Shown: in pieces, positions 27,347 to 40,659 of the stretch
How positions within the stretch are numbered: position 1 is the stretch's first letter
Layout: each line of letters begins with the position of its first letter
Source of the DNA: Octopus vulgaris
Taxonomy: Eukaryota
Direction of reading: 5' to 3'
DNA: 64,000 nt
Assembly (NCBI GenBank): GCA_951406725.2
Contig: OX597829.1
Location: 2,294,001 to 2,358,000, forward strand
The notes under the pieces: generated by a model
What the model was told of the DNA's origin: nothing
The model's input: only the letters and a program-made list of their open reading frames with translations
Databases searched by the model: none
Position numbers and translations under genes: made by a program

Positions 27347-28730
27347 ATGCCCTGGGAGCTGTTCTATGCTGATGACCTTGCTCTAATTGCTGAGTCACTA
27401 TCAGGCGTAGGTAGAAACTCTATAAGATATGCTCAGTGTAAGCTATGGACACATAAGAGGTGCAGCAATATCAAAGGAAGGCTAACTCAGAAGATAGTTT
27501 TTGTATGTGGCAGATGCTCAGACGAAATAAACACTGAAAATATGCAGAAAACAGCTTCCACCAGATTCCAGGGAGAAAAACTAGAAATAGTTGATAGCTT
27601 CCGTTACCTAGGTGACCAATTCAGTAGTGGGGTAGGTGCTCTAAAAGTGTAGCTGCTACAATAAGAATAGCCTGGGCAAAGTTCAGAGAGCTCTTACCTC
27701 TGCTGGTGATAAAAGGCCTCTCACCCAGAGTAAAAGGTAGACTGTATGATGTATGTGTATAAACAGCCATGCTACATGCTGAGGACATGCGTAAGCTCGC
27801 AAGGAATGAAGCCAATATGCTCCGGTGGATGTGTAATGTCAGTGTGCATACTCGACAGAGTGTAACTTGAGAGAAAAGTTGGACCTAAGAAGCATCAGAT
27901 GTGGTGTGCAGGAGAGATGACTGCTCTGGTATGGTCATGTGGCGAGAATGGATGAGGATAGCTGTGTGAAAAAGTGCCACACCCTAGCAGTTGAGGGAAC
28001 CTGTGGAAGAGGTAGACCAAGGAAGACCTGGGATGAGGTGGTGAAGCATGACCTTCGAACATTAGGCTTCACCAAGACAATGACTAGTGACCAGGACTTT
28101 TGGAAATATGTTGTGTGTGAGAACACCCAGCAAGCCAAGTGAGACCATAATCTCGTGACCTATGCCAGGGGTGTAACCAGCCCACTTATGCGTAGCTTTC
28201 CTTCATTGGACACAAAACTCTGCTTGTGAAGACCTGTTGAGGCAAGTGAAACTGAAATCAAATTCAATGACTGGCATCCGTGCGAGTGGAGTGCTAAGAG
28301 TACCATCCAAACGTGATCATTGCCAGAGGAGCAAACTGGCTTCCATGCCGGTGGCACGTAAAAAGCACCATTTGAGTATGATCATTACCAGCATCGCCTT
28401 ACTGGCACTTGTGCCAGTGGGACGTGAAAAAACATTTGAATGAGGTCATTGCCAGTGCTGCTGGACTGGCTCCTGTGCAGGTGGCACATAAAAAACACCA
28501 TTTGACCATGGCCGTTGCCAGTACCGCCTGGCTGGCCCCCGTGCCGGTGGCACATAAAAGCACCCATTACACTCTCAGAGTTGTTGGCGTTAGGAAGGGC
28601 ATCCAGCTGTAGAAACTCTGCCAGATCAAGATTGGAGCCTGGTGCAACCATCTGGATCGCCAGTCCTCAGTCAAATCATCCAACCCATGCTAGCATGGAA
28701 AGTGGATGTTAAACAATGATGATGGTGATG
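27347..28730 (+). mobile_element. Degraded RTE-like LINE 3' part including its 3' UTR and (TGA)n tail
   Basis: Peptide remnants LFYADDLALIAES, FRYLGD, WYGHVARM and GRGRPRKTW, followed by a UTR with ~60-bp tandem units and a gatgatg tail. Confidence 0.85.
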
Positions 28731-28892
28731 TTTTTTTTATAGTATATGTTTTCTATATGATGCGAATAACATCTTTCTTTATTGAATCGTTTAACAGAGG
28801 ATTTTCTCTAAATTATATACATAGATTATGTATATAAAATTGTTAAATTGAATCTTTCCCTAAAAGTTTTGGAGTTATATTCCCTCCTATTA

Positions 28893-28893
<1 letters not shown>

Positions 28894-28923
<30 letters not shown>

Positions 28924-29372
28924 CATACATACATACATACATACATACATACATACATACATACATACATACATACATACATACATACATACATACATAC
29001 ATACATACATACATACATACATACATACATACATACATACATACATACATACATACATACATACATACATACATACATACATACATACATACATACATAC
29101 ATACATACATACATACATACATACATACATACATACATACATACATACATACATACATACATACATACATACATACATACATACATACATACATACATAC
29201 ATACATACATACATACATACATACATACATACATACATACATACATACATACATACATACATACATACATACATACATACATACATACATACATACATAC
29301 ATACATACATACATACATACATACATACATACATACATACATACATACATACATACATACATACATACATAC
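28894..29372. repeat. Perfect (TACA)n microsatellite, about 120 units
   Basis: Uninterrupted tetranucleotide run that abuts the 3' end of a family-B SINE. Confidence 0.98.
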
Positions 29373-31962
29373 TCACTCTTTTACTTGTTTCAGCTATTTG
29401 ATTGCGGCCATGCTGGAGCACTGCCTTTAGTCGAGTAAATCGACCCCAGGACTTATTCCTTGGAAGCCTAGTACTTATTCTTTCAGTCTCTTTTGCCGAA
29501 CCGCTAAGTTACGGGGACATAAACACACCACCATCGGTTGTCAAGCGATGTTGGGGGGACAGACACAGACACACATACATATATACAACGGGCTTGTTTC
29601 AGTTTCCGTCTACCAAATCCACTCACAAGGCTTTGGTATATATATATATATATAGTAGAAGACATTTGCCCAAGGTGCCACATATTGGGCCCGAACTTAG
29701 AACAAGGTGATTAGGAAGCAAACTTCTTAAAAACATTGCCACATATTCATGTTTTTTTTACACAAATACAAAAATATATATACATTCACAAAAATGCATA
29801 AAGTCAAACACATACGTACCTATACACTTCATACACCCATTCACAAATATATACATATATTCATACATGCAGACACATCTTCATTCATGCACACATACAT
29901 ATATGAATTCATGTTTATGCATACACACATATACTTATGTACACATACACATATATATATATATATACATATGCAAACATACACCCTTCTTCGATCGTGG
30001 CATAATGAATAAAGGCATTAAACAGCTGTTCAAATAGTATCAGTTTACACTGGAAGCATATAAAGCAATATGTTGATATATTTATATAATGTGTGTGCAA
30101 TATTTGTTGAGATAAATCTATGTGTATTGTAACAGTGCAAAGTGTATTTATCAAACTGCACAAACAACATCAGAATGACACAATACTAAATAAAAGAGGA
30201 GCATGAACAGCATGTGCATAGGTGGTTATTAAAGATAAAAGTTAGAAATGTATGCTGGAAATATTCATAAAAGAATATAATATAGTTAATATGAGGGTGT
30301 CGTGAAGTAGAGGAGCGATGAATAAGAAAGCTACAACAAAGCAAGTTTGAAAATAAAAGAGTTTTTAATCAGAAGCAAAATAAGAATAATGGTTGAGGGT
30401 TTTAATTTGTAATTCGATATTTCGGAATTAAAAACCCCTAATCAAGAAAACAAAAGATGAGTTAATCTGTCTGCACATGTCAAAATAGCAAAGCATCTGT
30501 TTATTACTAACATTGCATACACTGGTTTTTACTAAATCAGCCTAACAGGAGAGCTAAGGCCACGGCATTTATTTCTGCCTTCGTCATCATCCTTATTTAT
30601 TTCTTTACTGCCCACAAGGGGATAAACACAGAGGAGACAAAACAAGGACAGACAAACGGATTAAGTCGATTATATCGACCCTAGTGCGTAACTGGTACTT
30701 ATTTAATCGACCCCGAAAGGATAAAAGGCAAAGTCGACCTCGGCAGAATTTGAACTCAGAACGTAGCGGCAGACAAAATACCACAAAACATTTCACCCAG
30801 CGTGCTAACGGTTCTGCCAGCTTGCCACTTTTATCATCATCATTATCATAATCATTTTTAACATACATATTTATATGCCCGAATGGATCAGACAGGATTC
30901 ATTGAGGCAAATTTTCTACTCGTGGATACCTTTACTGTTGCCAACCCTCACCTGTTTCCAAAGTTTAAATTCTCCACAGCCAGATATTTTCTGTTTTTTC
31001 TTGAGAGAGTTGTAATGAATGAGACTGCTTTTTTACAACTATCACATGATGTCATGACACAGACATGCATGCACACAAACACACACACATACATACAGAC
31101 GTGTGCACACATGCACAGAGACAGACAGACACACACACACATATATTGTTCTTTTACTTGTTTCAGGCATTTGACTGTGGCCAAACTGGAGCACTGCCTT
31201 GAAGGGTTTTAGTCAAACAAATTGACCCCAGGGCTTATTTGCTTTAAGCTTAATAATTATTTTATCAGTCTCTTTGGCCAAACTGCTAAGTTACAGGGAT
31301 GTCAACACACAAAGACCAATTGTCAAGCAGTGACAGGGTGACAAACAGACTCAAAGACATACACACATAAGTAACTATAATACATATATATATATATTTA
31401 TATAACAGGCTTCTTTCAGTTTCCTCAACCAAATCCACTCACAAGGCATTGGTTGGCTTGAGGCTATAGTAGAAGACACTTGCCTAAGGTGCTACAAAGT
31501 GAGACTGAACCCAGAACCATGTGATATATTTAATATATATATCATCATCATCATCATCATCTTCATCGTTTAACATCCGTTTTCCATGCTAGCACGGGTT
31601 GGATGGTTCTACCAGGGTCTGGGAGCCAGGAGGCTGCACCAGGTTCAAGTCTGATCTGGCAGTGTTTCTACAGCGGGATGCCCTCCCTAACGCCAACTAC
31701 TCCGTGAGTGTAGTGGGTGCATTTTACATGCCACCAGTACAGGTGCAAGGGGAGGCTGGCAATGGCCACGATCGGTTGGTGCTTTTTATGTGCCACCAGC
31801 ACAGAAGCCAGTCAAGGCTGCGCAGGCATCGGCCACGTATGGATGGTGCATTTTACGTGCCACCAGCACAGGTATCACAACTACAATTTCCATTTGATTT
31901 TTGATGTTGATGGTGATGTACTTGACTCAATAGGTCTCCTCAAGCACTTTTTGATGTTGATG

Positions 31963-31997
<35 letters not shown>

Positions 31998-32371
31998 GTT
32001 GGACAAATTCAATCATGATTTTCATAAATGGAGGAGATTAGATGTTAATATAGGATAAAATATGTATTCAATTTGAAAGATGAATATTTCATACAGAAAG
32101 ACAATAAATTCATTTCCAGAATTCGAGTTGTCAAAGAGTAGTCATCAGTAGCACAATAACAAAAAATAAGTACTTAATAAAGAAAAAGGTAGACTTTAAA
32201 ATGACATGGGTATTGTGTTCTTACTAATTTTTAATGTGAAATTGTTCTAGGAGTCATGTCTACTTAAAACACAACAATATATATATAAGTTCAGCAAAAT
32301 TTAGATTCAGATGAATATCGTACTTAAGTTAAATTTTGTATGGTATTATCCATATAAATCAAATGGGGTGA

Positions 32372-32632
32372 TTATAATCAAAATAAGCAACAAGGATATC
32401 CAAGGTAGAGTAGTACAATTGTTTCATGCTAATTCATTTTATCAAACACTGTAAGTATTACATCAGTTTTAAAATGTCGAGTAATCTTCAGCCACATATA
32501 GAATCTTTTAATTAAATGGACAATGCACATTTTTATACTTATTTCATTTGCCAACATTACAAAGAGGGTAGATATATAGACAGAGAGGTTAATTTCATCA
32601 TGATACCTTGGGTATCCTTGCTGCTTATTTTG

Positions 32633-32640
<8 letters not shown>
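32372..32640. repeat. ~36-bp inverted repeat pair (small MITE- or PLE-like relic)
   Basis: tataatcaaaataagcaacaaggatatccaaggta is inverted relative to taccttgggtatccttgctgcttattttgattttata. Confidence 0.6.
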
Positions 32641-32707
<67 letters not shown>

Positions 32708-33054
32708 AAGGTGGACTTCTTTCAATTTCAGTCAACAAATCTACTCATGAAGTTTTGGTTGGCCAGGGTTCCTATAATAGCAGAAGACACTTGCACAAGG
32801 AACCACACAGTGGAACACCACATGAAACCACATAGTTGAAAAGCACACTTCTTAACCACTCCAACTATACTCGCATCTCCCAATCCATCTTGCCTCTGAA
32901 CTGTATTTCAATATTTGGGATTTAGAAAAATAAACTCTAAAAATGCAGTGGTAGTTGAGCTGGCTTCTTCTTGCATGGAGTAAGATAAGGAAACAGTCAT
33001 AAATCAAATTCTCACATTCACAGACAGTGATGGAAGGTTGCAGTCAGTGCAGAC

Positions 33055-33705
33055 TGCCAGAGCTGAATTAACCAAGCAGTACAGCTCATTTCATGTCTGT
33101 TGTCAATGGAAGGGATTAATTCATTAATCAAGACGGGTTTCTTTAATCCTTCAACTTCTCATACTTCATTCATTGGCTTTCATAGAACCACGATATGCAT
33201 ATTATGACAGCTTTCTAGATGTTTTGTTTTATGGAGGAAGCATTTAAATAAATATTCTCTTTAACGGGTTTTGATACGAATCTAAGTGAGACTGTCGTTG
33301 CTCTGATACTAACTTCCTTTCTTACAATTATCTACAATTATAAACCTTCAGTTAAAGTTTTAGGCTAATTTATGTTGCCAACACCAGTTTCAGTCAGCCA
33401 GTTCTACTAAATTCATTATTTTTCAAAATAAATTGAACCAAACGTAATGTATTTTTGATAGAAATACAGTAGCAGAAGGGTTAAAGTAGATGTGTAGTTT
33501 ATAAATGGTACTACCAGAATTGTAGTTTATAAATGGTACTACCAGTATTGTAGTTTATGAGTGGTACTACCAGAATTGTAGTTTATAAGTGGTACTACCA
33601 GTATAAGATCTTCCCAACATATTGATTTCAAATTTTGGTACAAGACTATCAAGTTCAGTGGGGGAGGGCTAGTCGATTACATCGACCCTAGTACTCAACT
33701 GGTAC
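33055..33705 (+). repeat. Copy 2 of the 651-bp direct duplication
   Basis: Matches 24883-25533. Confidence 0.95.
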
Positions 33706-34189
33706 TAATTTTATCCCACTCAAAAGGATGAAAGGCAAAGTTGGTCATAGCAGAATTTGCCAATAAGCATTTTCCCTGGCATGCTAACAATTCTGTCAAC
33801 TCCTCCTCCATCATCATCATTTAATGTCCATTTTCCATGCTGGCTTGGGTTGGGTGGGTTGACAGAAGCTGGCAAACCAAAGAGCTGCACCAAGTTCTAA
33901 ATATCCGATTTGGAATGGTTTCTACAGTTAGATGCCCTTTCCTAATGCCAACCGCTTTACAGGGTGTACAGAGTGCCTTTTTACATAGCACCAGCACCAA
34001 CAAGGTCCCAAGATTAGGGATGCTCAACTGGAAAGGATTGCAGAGGACAAGCCTGTATATAAGAGATGATCATAGTAACTATATTGAGAAGTGATGTTTA
34101 TGCCACTTCAACATGATTGTTCCTTGAGAACCAAGATAACCACTTTTAACCTCAGAAGGATGCCTTCTCCACCCGGTTATCGATGCAAT

Positions 34190-34745
34190 CTGCACCCAAT
34201 ATATTATAAGCTAGGGAGCGATCCCCTTCCACTGCTTTTCTCCTGCTTGCAACATACATCCAGTGCAGCTTGTATCAATAGCCTGTTTATGAGAAATTGT
34301 CCAGGCACGGGATTTCAGTGCCACCCAAATGTCCAAGATGCAGGCAGGATAAGGAAACTATCCTGCACACTCTGTTACAGTGCACCTAGCTTTCAGAGAT
34401 GACAATTTACGTAGAACACATATTGTCACATTTAGGAAGAGTACAGCAATCGACTGAGTTTGTGATTAAGAATGTACCGCCCACCGGACTATCTAAGGTA
34501 GGTGAGGCTTGTTTTCTATGTACAGTCACAATTATGAAAGAGTGTGCATGGAGAACTAGAATGCAAGGTTTGACGTCAAGGACCTTCGTCTCTGGACCTG
34601 GAATGCTATATTACTTCAGGTACCACCTGAAAAGCAAGATAGGGCTGGAGAGAAGACACCTGTCGAAAAGAGCGTATGAGGAAAGATGGAAGGATGTGGT
34701 AAGGAAGTTGGGAGTGAGTGTCCCTACTTAACTCATCCATGGTAA
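34190..34745 (+). mobile_element. Tx1/L1-like LINE ORF2 C-terminal fragment
   Basis: zf-RVT-like CPRCRQDKETILHTLLQC at about 34330-34385, then KECAWRTRM..YFRYHLKSKIGLER..ERW, followed by an A-rich tail. Confidence 0.7.
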
Positions 34746-36412
34746 AAAGAAAAGGTGTAGCCATTGGAACTTAAAAAAAAGTTGGAACTTAAAAAAGGTA
34801 AAAAGAAGGAATATCAAAATTTTTAAAAAATACTATATAAGTCATTTTTTATATATTTTCATTAAAAAAAAACTCGCTAAATAACCCTTTTAAATGTTTG
34901 TAGTGTCCTGTGTTGTCCCTTCTATGTTTGATTGTTATAATCGTAATAAAGAGAGTAGCAGGAGGAGGCTCCTCCTGTGATTAAAAGCAACACTGGTTTC
35001 CACACACACACACACACACACACATAATAGTGACAGAAGCAGTGTTAATACCAAAAGTAGTCTTGATCTCCAACTAATGTGGAGGTTGTCTTAGAATACA
35101 GAATACTGCATTGTTTACCATGAGAGGATGATCTCTCATAAAGACTCATGGTTCATAAAAGCACTCGGTTTTATATCACAGACACACAAAAATGCTTTTA
35201 TGCATTACAAATTATTTGATTTTCTATTTGAAGAATTTCTAATAGGAAATTTCTTATATGTTTATCCAACATGTGATACATATAAGCAAATGAAACAGGC
35301 TTAATAGTGAATAAATAATACCAAAAAGATTTTCCAGCTTCTTGTTGTATACACAACAGGTTTCTTTTAATTTCCAACTACGAAATCCTCTCAGAATGCT
35401 TTGGTTAGCCCACATGTGTTGCAGAAGATACTTGCCCAAAGTGTGCCATGTAGTGGAGCTGAGCCTGGAACCATGTGGCTGGAAAGCAAACTTCTTACCA
35501 CACAGTCATGCCTGCACTTATATGTGTGTATATATATATATATATATAATTAATTTGCGAAGGTGTCATTAATTCTATTATTATCCAACGTAGCTATTTT
35601 AAAAATGATAATAACAGAATCAATGACACAGGCGACAGCAGGCCAAAAATAGCATTAAATAGCCGAGAGGGATTAAAATTAATCAAAGAACATACTAAGT
35701 AAGTCTACCTGCTTGAAATAACAGTCAAAACTCTTATTAAATCGCCAAAAATACACTGATGAAAACTACAGAAATCAAACGAAGGTAAAATCAGGTCAAG
35801 ACAATCTACTAACATACATTTAATATATATTTAATATATATAGTAAGCAAGATGTGACCTCTTCTAACACTTCCTGATAATGGAGGCAGTTATCTAAAAT
35901 TTTGGATATGAACATCTGTTATTCACAAGGATTACTGTTCACCCAGAAATGGCCATAGGAGAATTCATTTGATATTTACCCAGAATAAACATCAAAAAAT
36001 CAACGTTTAAACTATGAATTATTTATTATACCCTGGACACCATATTTACTTTATACACTATACTCTGGATATCTTATAATTTTTTTTAACACTGTTTTTA
36101 ACCTAACCGTTATTAGTAAGTAGGACTATATCTTTTAATATGTTTATATATTTCTCATATATTTTTATAGACCTATATAATTTTCCGTACATATATTACT
36201 CTTTACTCTTTTACTTGTTTCAGTCATTTGACTGCGGCCATGCTGGAGCACCACCTTTAGTCGAGCAAATCGACCCCGGGACTTATTCTTTGTAAGCCCA
36301 GTACTTATTCTATCGGTCTCTTTATGCCGAACCGCTAAGTGACGGGTACGTAAACACACCAGCATTGTTGTCAAGCAATGCTAGGGGGACAAACACAGAC
36401 ACACAAACATAC

Positions 36413-36463
<51 letters not shown>

Positions 36464-37406
36464 ACAGGCTACTTTCAGTTTCCGTCTACCAAATCCACTC
36501 ACAAGGCATTGGTCGGCCCGGGGCTATAGCAGAAGACACTTGCCCAAGATGCCACGCAGTGGGACTGAACCCGGAACCATGTGGCTGGTTAGCAAGCTAC
36601 TTACCACACAGCCACTCCTGTGCCTGTATACAATGTATACAATTAGTAATAAAATAATTTTTTCAAAAATAAACAACTGAAACTTGTAAAGAAATAAAAA
36701 CTGAAAGATACAGAAAAAAAATGCAGAAAATTTAGATAAATTATTAGATTATTAGATTTTTTTGACAAGACAAAAATGATGCCAAAGCAAAAATGGAGGA
36801 ATGAAGGAAAGTCACTAATACAGATGGCAAAGACATAAATAATAGAAATCAATAACAGAAGCTAATTAAGGGATAATTAAGAAGGTTGTGACTGTGTGTT
36901 AAGAAGTTAGCTTCACAACCACGGGGATCTGGGTTCAGTCCCATAGTGTGACACCTTGCGGGTAGTATCTTCTACAATAGCCTTGGATTGACCAAAGCCT
37001 TGTGTGAGGATTTGGTAGGTGGAAACAGAAAGAAGCATGCCATATATAAGTATAGTTGTGATCCTTGTGCCGGTGGCACGTAAATAGCACCATCCAAATG
37101 TGGCCGATGCCAGCGCCGCCTTGACTGGCTTCCATGCCGGTGGCATGTAAAAAGCACCAACCGATCATAGCCGTTGCCAGCCTCGCCTGGTACCTGTGCC
37201 AGTGGCACGAAAAAAGCACCCACTACACTCACGGAGTGGTTGGCGTTAGGAAGGGCATCCTGCTGTAGAAACACTGCCAGATCAGACTGGAGCCTGGTGC
37301 AGCCCTCCGGCTTCCCAGATCCCGGTCAAACAGTCCAACCCATGCTAGCATGGAAAACGGACGTTAAACGACGATGATGATGTTGATGATGATGTATATA
37401 TATGTA

Positions 37407-38312
37407 CAGAGTGCAATTGGTAAATTGTCGCTATTTTATACTTCTAATTTCATGCATGTACATTGTTTTTTATTTTGTCAACTACACAGTATAGTAGGGT
37501 GAGTTGGGCACTGTCTGTGAGAAAAACAGCCTCATGACGCAATCCATTCTGCAAGGAAATTGGAAATGACATGCTGTACTGTTTGGTATTCACACTGGAA
37601 GCTTCAATACAAACATTTCAGAGGGTTTGCATATCAAACTGAGGACAATTCAACCTGAGGACATGTACCGAGAGTGATAAAAATCAAACATCCAGTCAAC
37701 ATCATGGTGATTGGAGTGATCACTAATGATGACAACATTATGCTTCCATTCATCTTCCCACATGGCCTCAGACTAAGACAGAGGCCTACATTAAATGCCT
37801 GGAGGTAATGCTGCCCTGGGTCAAGACAGAGGCCTACATCAAATGCCTGGAGGTAGTGCTGCCCTGGGTGGCTGCTGGAAGACCTTATGAAGACAACAGG
37901 ACTCTGCACCATGCCACACAAGCAGGAGAACCCTGTCATGGCTGTCAGACTATTTCTACAACCACATCACCCCTAACATCTGGCCACCTAATTCCCTAGA
38001 CTGCTACCCCCTTGATTATTAAGTGTGGGATGCAGTTGAGTGAGAGCCCACCAAAACTCATTGTAACATGAAAGATGAACTGAAGGTAGCATTCACCAAC
38101 TTAAACAAGGAGATTGTCCAGAAGAGTTGCAGGAGATTCTGAAGTCAGTAGGCTGTGGTTGAAGCCAATGGCGATTTTATTGAATGAATTTACCCCTTAG
38201 TATTTCAAGATATTCTTATGTAATTTTGGTAAATACGTCTGTTAAAATGACATATCAGTGTTATTTTCATCTTTGTGTTGTAATTTAGATGACAGTTTAT
38301 TCACTGCACTTT
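37407..38312 (+). mobile_element. Degenerate, internally deleted mariner/maT-like (DDD) transposon
   Basis: TA|cagagtgcaattggtaaattgtc pairs imperfectly with gacagtttattcactgcact. Remnant peptides KHPVNIMVIGVIT, DSAPCH and WPPNSLDCYPLDY. A ~46-bp internal tandem duplication lies at about 37776-37868. Confidence 0.7.
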
Positions 38313-38599
38313 ATGTATATCAATGTGTGTGTGCTTTTGTGGCCTGCTTGTCCCCCACTACTGCTTGACAACCAGTGATGGTTTGTTTATGTCCCCTTTG
38401 ACTTAGCAGTTTGGCACAGAGATCAATAGAATAAGAACTAGGCTTCAATAGAAAATAAGTACTGAGGTCAGTTCATTCAACTAAAGATTCTTCAAGGTGA
38501 TGCCCAAGCATGGCCACAGTCTAATGACTGAAACAAGTAAAAGATAAAAGATTTCCAAGTTTGGTTACTTTGTATTATACTGATGAACTCTAGCGGACT

Positions 38600-38965
38600 G
38601 ATCATCATCATTGTTCGACCGTGGTTGAGACAATGGAATTTACTATGTTACACCAGACTTCACGGTCCATCGTTGCATTACGGAGGTCCTGTTGCTGTGA
38701 TTACATCAGGGTAGGAGAGTGTGCGCCCTCTGGTATCACGAGTAGATGGCCTCCAGAGGAGAAGAGTAGAAATTACCTCGTTTCCAGCTCTACAACAATG
38801 TCCAGCAAACTGGACTCTTCTACCTTTCACAAGAGATGATACAGGTGGTAATTTCCCATATATTTGTACTTTGGTTGGATGATGCTTCCACGAGAGATTT
38901 TGAGCTCTCATAAGGAGGCGAGTGTAAGTTCCATCCAACTGCTTCTCAAGCTTCTGTGATAACAT
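38600..38965 (-). mobile_element. RTE-like LINE 3' fragment
   Basis: LDGTYTRLLMRAQNLSWK..RRVQFAGHC. Confidence 0.7.
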
Positions 38966-39101
38966 CCTGAAATATGTTGTCTACAGTTGTCTCTTTCCAT
39001 TCTCTAATGTATGACAAAGCACAATTTAATCTGGAACCACTTGCTTACGAAGTAAACTTCAAGACCACGTAATCATACATTACTCTTCATCTTTTTATAA
39101 A

Positions 39102-39422
39102 ATATTGTTGTATTTAGGAATGGTCATTTTGCCAGTTTAGCCAATAAAAACACATGCACTATATATTTGGTGTTATTTTGCTTCAGCGTTATTTATTTTT
39201 TACATTAATCGTATTTCAGCCAGAGTTCTTTCGTCACACTCTTGTGACCTCATCAGTGGTCCTTTGCTTTCTTCTTTCTTATTTGTGTGTCTCTCCTTAC
39301 TAACAGTCAGCCATTTTTTATATTATTTTATTATTATTATCATTGTTGTTGTTGTTGTTGTTGTTATTGTGTGTTTTTATTGGCTAAACTGGCAAAATGA
39401 CCATTTCAAAATACAACAATAT
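39102..39422. mobile_element. Short element with 53-bp inverted arms enclosing a hammerhead-like motif
   Basis: Arms at 39102-39154 and 39370-39422 match at about 51 of 53 positions. Confidence 0.75.
39219..39262 (-). ncRNA. Minimal type-I hammerhead ribozyme-like motif (core intact)
   Basis: Minus strand: ACCA-CUGAUGA-G-GUCAC(AAGAGU)GUGAC-GAAA-GAAC-UC-UGGC. Confidence 0.6.
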
Positions 39423-39809
39423 CTGTTTCAACACACGATTTCACATCAAAAATCTTGCAAAACAAATATATAAACGTAACTTTTATAAGATCATATAACT
39501 AAGAGAACATAATTGTTGTCATTCCATCCCCGTTACAAAAGGAAAAAAAAAAAAATGAATGAATCACATTACAAATATGGTACAGACAGAAAAGGGTGTT
39601 TGGTCTTTATCACAATCAGGTTGTCATGGGTAAGAAATATTCACCACAATACTGAAAGATATTGAATGACTTGGAGTTTAAGCAGAACTACAACATGCAG
39701 TAAGGGGTTTCTCTTCTCTGTATGCACAGAAATGGGCCCTGATTACTCAACATAAAAAAGTAAAGGGAAATTTCCACAGAAAAGCATCTATAATTTTAAA
39801 TGTGTACAA

Positions 39810-40076
39810 ATATTCTGTTGTGTCTGGGGAGAGTCATTTTCTTTTGTGCCTTATTATGTAACACACTCACCGGTAAAATTTCCACTTTTTTTCTTATTTT
39901 TATTGTCCTAAAATTTCCATTGCATCTTGCAACCTTTTCAATAGTTTTGACTCAATAGGTTGCAAAACACAACGAAAATTTTAGGAAAATAAGAAAAAAG
40001 TGGAAATTTTACCGGTGACTGTGTTATATTACAAGGCACAAAAAGAAAATGACTCTCCCCAGACACAACAGAATAT
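39810..40076. repeat. Long foldback palindrome with ~125-bp arms
   Basis: atattctgttgtgtctggggagagtcattttctttt...ttgcaacct pairs with aggttgcaa...aaaagaaaatgactctccccagacacaacagaatat. Confidence 0.9.
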
Positions 40077-40222
40077 GCTTCAACACACGAACTCATATAA
40101 AGAATCTTGCAAACCAACTCCAAAAACGAAATGTGTACAAATAAACATACTGAAAAAAGAACAGAGAGAGAGAGAGAGGAAAGAGATAATATAGTAGTGG
40201 GAAAATGTATAAATGAACTTAC

Positions 40223-40389
40223 CTTTATTACTGAAGTCATCAACAAGTATTACTTCATGTATAAGATGTTTTGGTGACCGATTCAAAACACTATAAACGG
40301 TTCTTAATAACGTAGACCAATGTTCGTTGTGAAATGGTATTACTACACTTGCATTTGGTAAAATGTATAAATACTTTTTATGGACACAG
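40223..40389 (-). CDS. Next internal exon of the same GALNT10-like gene (start of the GT-A / Glycos_transf_2 domain)
   Basis: Minus strand reads aatttttcAG|C TGT GTC...AAT AAA G|GTaagt. The 167-nt exon translates to (D)[55 protein letters not shown]. Its phase joins the upstream exon (GA+C = Asp). The IPFHNE, SVLNRSP and ILVDDFS motifs are typical of ppGalNAc-Ts; IPFHNE is GALNT10-like. Confidence 0.96.
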
Positions 40390-40439
40390 CTGAAAAATTA
40401 AGAATAACAATAGTAGTAGTAGTAGAAGAAGTAACAATG

Positions 40440-40470
<31 letters not shown>

Positions 40471-40487
40471 TGATAATAATAATAATG

Positions 40488-40547
<60 letters not shown>

Positions 40548-40659
40548 TTGGTACAAGGTCATCAATTTTAGGGAGATTATATTGACCCCAGTGTTCAACT
40601 GGTATGTATTTTATTGATCTATTGATCTCCGAAAAGATGAAAAGCAATAATAATAAAGA

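Noticed and set aside
28826-29438. Long ORFs such as (MYVC)n, (YI)n, (HT)n and poly-L/I/Y here and throughout the ORF track
   Set aside because: They are translations of microsatellites that lack stop codons, with no protein-like content.
35756-35780. CTGATGA...GAAA in the permuted unit (also at 62584)
   Set aside because: The intervening aaactaca cannot form stem II and there is no stem I pairing.
35865-35895. Minus-strand LPPL resembling GALNT WLPPLL
   Set aside because: There is an in-frame stop immediately upstream and no DSHCE motif.
40080-40222. ORF-track extension of the GALNT frame beyond VDDFSNK
   Set aside because: It is read-through past a strong GTAAGT donor into intron sequence.
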